64,000 nt of DNA from positions 3,844,001 to 3,908,000 of the forward strand of contig OZ361260.1 in the NCBI GenBank assembly GCA_977018835.1, written 5' to 3'. Positions 59,699 through 64,000 of the stretch are shown piece by piece; positions within the stretch are counted from its first letter, which is position 1, and each line of letters opens with the position of its first letter. The notes beneath the pieces were generated by a model. It had not been told where the DNA came from and did no database searches. It saw only the letters and a list, made by a program, of their open reading frames with translations. A program made the translations under genes and the position numbers. Source of the DNA: Minutocellus sp. GHC0000111. Its lineage: Eukaryota.

Positions 59699-60855
59699 TC
59701 AAGCCTTCTCGGCCTGAACAAAGAACATTGGGTCTGATATTGACCCAGTTTCGGCAGTAATGTCGAATGCCTCGGTATTTTTGTAACCCCCGGCATACTT
59801 GAGATATCCATTGATAAGTTCCAAATGCTGACGATCGTTCATCTTGAGCCACATGGAGATGGCCTTGCTAGGAAAGCATCGATTGCTCTGACTCAAGATT
59901 ACCTTGCCACCTGGCTTCAGCACTCTATTGACTTCTTTCAGGACATCAATAGGATTGACGAGGTAGTCAATGCTCACAACGCAAGTCACAAAATCAAAGC
60001 TGTTGTCCTCGTATGGCAGTTTGGTTTCCACGTTCAAATCACGAGCCTGAAAGTCGTTCAGCTGGTCATTAAATTTGAGTTCCAATGGATTCATACCGGT
60101 GGCCGAGATTCTCTTCATAATGCCTGGGAATTCCATTGGATAGTGAGACACCCACGACGAGCAAATGTCCAGAATGGAGCTACCAGCCGGTATCGTCTTG
60201 CGGTAATACTGAGTCAAACTGGCAACGGCCGGCTCATCGATGTGATAGACCAAACGGGGCACAGCGCAAAAAGATGAGTCTTCCGTTTCATCTGCGCGAG
60301 AAAAGTCTTCCTTGCGGAAGGGTGGCGTATCGGGCCATTCCTTCACAAGACGAACCGGTCGAATGGGGAACGAATAGGGCGTGGAATCACCCGTGAATCG
60401 GCGCACCAGCATGCCACGAGTTCGGGGGTTGCCATTCTTGTCTATGACATGTTATGATACAGTGCTCAGTGAGAAAGCGAATGCGTTGAAGATGCATCAA
60501 AATGATACGAACTCGTCATTATACAATATTGCTCACCTTCCCCATATTTCATCTCCAATTCCTGATCCAAGCATCTGGGATTGTCCCCAACCTTGCTCGC
60601 GGCGGGTGCACCCTTGGCCAGATCACGAGCATCACACTCCTTCGGATCTCCTGCCAGCGCTGACGCAGCCACGAAGATGGTACCGGCGGTGGACGAGAGG
60701 AAACGGGATCGGGACAGCGATCGCGTGGCGGCGGAGGGTGATAGCATACCGGGATCGTTGAGCGATAGAGAGGTAGCTGGGGATACAAGGAACAGAAGTC
60801 CGATCAGACCTTGCCTGCGAAAGGAGGAAAGCGGCCGCTCGCCGTTCGTCGTCAT
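59699..60855 (-). CDS. Class I SAM-dependent methyltransferase (type 11), 2 exons (60855-60537, 60441-59699)
   Basis: PRLVYHID, ILDICSSWVSH, VVSIDYL and RVLKPGG, SNRCFPSKA. Intron 60442-60536 keeps the frame. Signal-like N-terminus. Confidence 0.88.
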
Positions 60856-60944
60856 GGTTGCGAAATGAACCGAGCGAGCAAACATAAACAAACCCGGAAA
60901 TGTCTTGTTTGGCGAGATCGAGAGACGAGTCGAGTGAGTCGAGC

Positions 60945-61144
60945 NNNNNNNNNNNNNNNNNNNNNNNNNNNNNNNNNNNNNNNNNNNNNNNNNNNNNNNN
61001 NNNNNNNNNNNNNNNNNNNNNNNNNNNNNNNNNNNNNNNNNNNNNNNNNNNNNNNNNNNNNNNNNNNNNNNNNNNNNNNNNNNNNNNNNNNNNNNNNNNN
61101 NNNNNNNNNNNNNNNNNNNNNNNNNNNNNNNNNNNNNNNNNNNN
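60945..61144. other. Assembly gap (200 N)
   Basis: Run of N characters. Confidence 0.99.
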
Positions 61145-61764
61145 GTCGAGCCAACCGCGGATGATTGATGATTCGATTCACACATGGAATGAAAAATCAT
61201 TGGCCCTCTCAAGTAAAAAAATACCAATGACCCCCAAAAAAGTTTGCACGGCTGCACCACGCGTCAAACGAGCACATCACCTGTCGGTACAGATACGTCG
61301 ATTCTCGCTTGCTTCAATGAAACATGTCGCGCCGCCAAACAGCAAATACAAGTGCAGCAAACAATCTCTCACTAAGTGAGGTAATGTGTTTCGTCGAAAA
61401 GAGGGACCGCAGAAGCGGCCCTGTTGCGCGAGAGCATGCTGCCCTACGACGGTTTTGTACCAGCTTCTACGTGTAGGAGCAAAAAGACACAAAGAATTTC
61501 GCATCTTCAGTTTTCAGAATCGGCGAGCCTGCCACGCCAAAACCCGTCATCACTTGAATGATTTCCATGTGATTCGACGCTGACTTCAAGGAAGCAATTT
61601 GCTCATCACCTAAAAATCCCGACCTGCAGACCACGGGAGAGCTCTCCGCGTGCAGAACGCCTCCAATAATAATTGATTATGCAACACATTGTTCCTTTTG
61701 TTTGAGGGTTGGTGTCCGCCCACAGATGAGTCCAACCACGAAGGAAAAGTGCTCTGAGCGATCG

Positions 61765-62771
61765 ATGGCGACCATCGCGAAGTATGCGCCGTGTTGGATC
61801 TGCCTCGAGGAAGACGACTCGGACGAAGGGGGGAGCGCCTCATCCGCGGCTGCGCCTGTCGTGGAGACGCGGCCGGGTACCACGCCTCGTGCATCATTCA
61901 ATACGCCGCGCGGAAGAGCAGGGAGCTCCTCCAAAAGGCGGAGGGAGGGGCGGTGGTTCGCATGGATTCGTTCTCCCGTGCCTGGGAGTATTGTCCGAAC
62001 TGCAAGCAGCCGTACACCGACGAGGCTCTTTGCCGCCAACTGGCCGAGGCCTTCGTGGAGAGTACTGAGAACTGTCCGGATTCGCATTACGTGCGATTCT
62101 TGTCTCGCTTCAACAGAGCGATACTTCTAAAAGAACAGAAACGCCTTGAAGAAGCGTTGGACGAGTTTTCCTACCTCCTCGACGTTCTCAAGAGCAACGA
62201 TGCAGGTCTTTCGTTGAACGGAAAGCACATGTACGGCTATCACGCCCAGGAATATATTATGTTCACACTCGAGTTCCGGATCAACACCATCTTAGGATCG
62301 ATCTACGAAAACAAGAAAAATTTCCCGAAAGCTTTGGAATATTTCAATACATGTATGAGTCAAGTGAACGATTCTTCTGCGTCTCATGTCGGTTTTAAGG
62401 AACAGCGAGAATACATAGAAGATGAAACCAAAAGGGTCAAATTTAAGATGGAAACGGTGGATGATGAGTCAGCAGAGCTGGCGTGGGAAGTTGAATCTGC
62501 CCGACGTAATTTAGAAAGAGAAATTCAGCTTTGCAGGCTCTCGGGAGGTACGAGCAAGGTTGAAAATGATAGGCGCATCCTCGACAGCAAGATGGAGCTT
62601 GCAATCCACCTGATGAACGACTGCCAATTTCTAGAGAGTCTGAAGTTGTTCAAGGAGGGTGTGGAGTATTTTCAAAGAGTCCTCGGCCCCGAGCACCGAA
62701 ACACAATAACGGCAAAAAATTTGCAAGCTCGGACAAAGGCCATGTACCTTCAGCACTTGAAGAAAACTTAG
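61765..62771 (+). CDS. RING-CH (RINGv) zinc finger plus TPR-like protein, frameshifted at the G run 61828-61833
   Basis: CWIC|...CACRG..GYHASC..Y...WEYCPNCKQPY (C4HC3), then TPR-like helices and RVLGPEH..T. Confidence 0.85.
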
Positions 62772-62871
62772 TAGTGAAAATGTTTATTTTCGAAATGGTT
62801 AGGCAAGATGAACTAATGCAAATGTGAAACACGAATACCTAAAATAAAATTGTCCCTTCAAAGTCATTTTA

Positions 62872-64000
62872 TCATCTTCTTCGTTGATCGGCAAGGTCGA
62901 AGGATCCACCGTCGTCTCTCTTCACAACGAAGCATTCACCTCGTTCCTGAAGACAGCCAATCAAACATCTTCCGTCGGGGGACACGGCAATGCCTGTCGT
63001 CTCTTCGCCATCACCCCAATCCACGGGGTCCTTGTCTTCGAATATTGTATAAAAGCTATTGGCCTTGACATCCTGAAGGTAAACTCCAGGGCTATTGGAA
63101 AGATCTTCCGCATGGAACAACCATTTCTCACCGTAAAAGTAAATGTGATCCGGCTCGGCACGGTAGGTACCACCCCCGGCAATGTCGGCATTGGTCGAGC
63201 GAGATTCCCACGTGTTGGTGTCCAAGTTCAGCTGGAAGATTTTCTCAAGCCTCTTGGCCACGAAGAAGATCGTCCGTTGACCATCGATCATGGCAAAGGC
63301 AATGCCCTCGACCCAACGGTAGTTGTCGTTGGCAGATTGGCGTCCCTCCTCGATGTCTGTACTCCAATGGAACGTGCCAGAGGTGCCCTCGTTGTCAAAG
63401 ACGAGAAAGTCCACCTCGCCACGGTCATCGGACTCCATATTAGGGTGGAGGGTATCCCAACCGGCCGGAATCTGTGTTCTGGAAGGAGTGAACCGTCTCA
63501 CGGCACCCTCGTCGTCGTCCTCGGTAAAGTAAAACACTGGCAACGGACCGCTGTCATCCGTAGCCATGGCCTCCAACCGTCCCGGTGGGATCTGTGCAAT
63601 CTTTTGCGGCAATCGCCTCCCGTACGGATCCACCTGCCAACAATATCCATTCTTGTTGTCCCAGTCCTCCTCGCAGCTCACCCATGTATTCCAAGGAGTT
63701 TTGCCGCCCGAACAATTCCATATGGTCGTAACGTCCCCAGGTGGCTCACCGCATCCATCACCAGATCTTCCACCCAACCGCTTGGCATAGTCTCGCACTT
63801 CGCAGTTGGCATCAAACGCTATGCAGTACACCCCACCATGACGCTCGTCCTCGGAATTGCTGCAATAGTGAAATCCCCGTCCCCCGCCGTTGTTCACCGG
63901 CCCATCGACAACCGGATCGTAAAACGTGGCAGCCCCATCGGGTTGGGTGTGGAACTTGCACGTGCCAGAATCGGGCACCGTGGCATGAGGGGAGGTAAAG
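62872..64000 (-). CDS. phoX: PhoX-family (DUF839) alkaline phosphatase; 5' end beyond the window
   Basis: PDGAATF, YCSNSE, NCSGGKTPWNTWVSCEE, FTED, EGI and ETTGIAVSPDG. Confidence 0.88.
   Translation of the reverse strand, partial: FTSPHATVPDSGTCKFHTQPDGAATFYDPVVDGPVNNGGGRGFHYCSNSEDERHGGVYCIAFDANCEVRDYAKRLGGRSGDGCGEPPGDVTTIWNCSGGKTPWNTWVSCEEDWDNKNGYCWQVDPYGRRLPQKIAQIPPGRLEAMATDDSGPLPVFYFTEDDDEGAVRRFTPSRTQIPAGWDTLHPNMESDDRGEVDFLVFDNEGTSGTFHWSTDIEEGRQSANDNYRWVEGIAFAMIDGQRTIFFVAKRLEKIFQLNLDTNTWESRSTNADIAGGGTYRAEPDHIYFYGEKWLFHAEDLSNSPGVYLQDVKANSFYTIFEDKDPVDWGDGEETTGIAVSPDGRCLIGCLQERGECFVVKRDDGGSFDLADQRRR

Noticed and set aside
60811..61379. ORFs spanning the N run
   Set aside because: Artefacts of translating through the assembly gap.
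1540..61833. Programmed ribosomal frameshifting as the cause of split genes
   Set aside because: No common slippery heptamer or AAA-stop motif, and shifts occur in both directions.

Overview
Gene-dense eukaryotic nuclear DNA, most likely from a diatom. Evidence: short GT-AG introns, a bipartite ASAFAP plastid presequence, and diatom-typical expanded families (helicase-associated repeat protein, LRR surface proteins, 7TM receptor, RING-CH/TPR). About 30 protein genes can be supported, including an FGGY kinase, mitochondrial L33 and S16, TMEM184, an AP2 factor, a plastid TauD-like dioxygenase, SPO11 (probably SPO11-2), an MPC1-MPC2 fusion, a lipoxygenase, a signal-peptide Trx-TrxR fusion, RPC9, a Cys/Met PLP lyase, PhyH and PhoX. 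Between them lie several mobile-element relics: a Chapaev/Transib-like transposase remnant, a DD38D mariner-like transposase, a TA-flanked MITE, a 213-bp structured retroposed insert with a perfect 16-bp TSD, and an ISL2EU/Harbinger-like transposase paired tail-to-tail with an EXO1/XPG-type nuclease. That pair is the best candidate for an undescribed system. At least six otherwise intact genes are frameshifted, probably through consensus errors. All family calls come from motif recognition by eye; no database searches were run.
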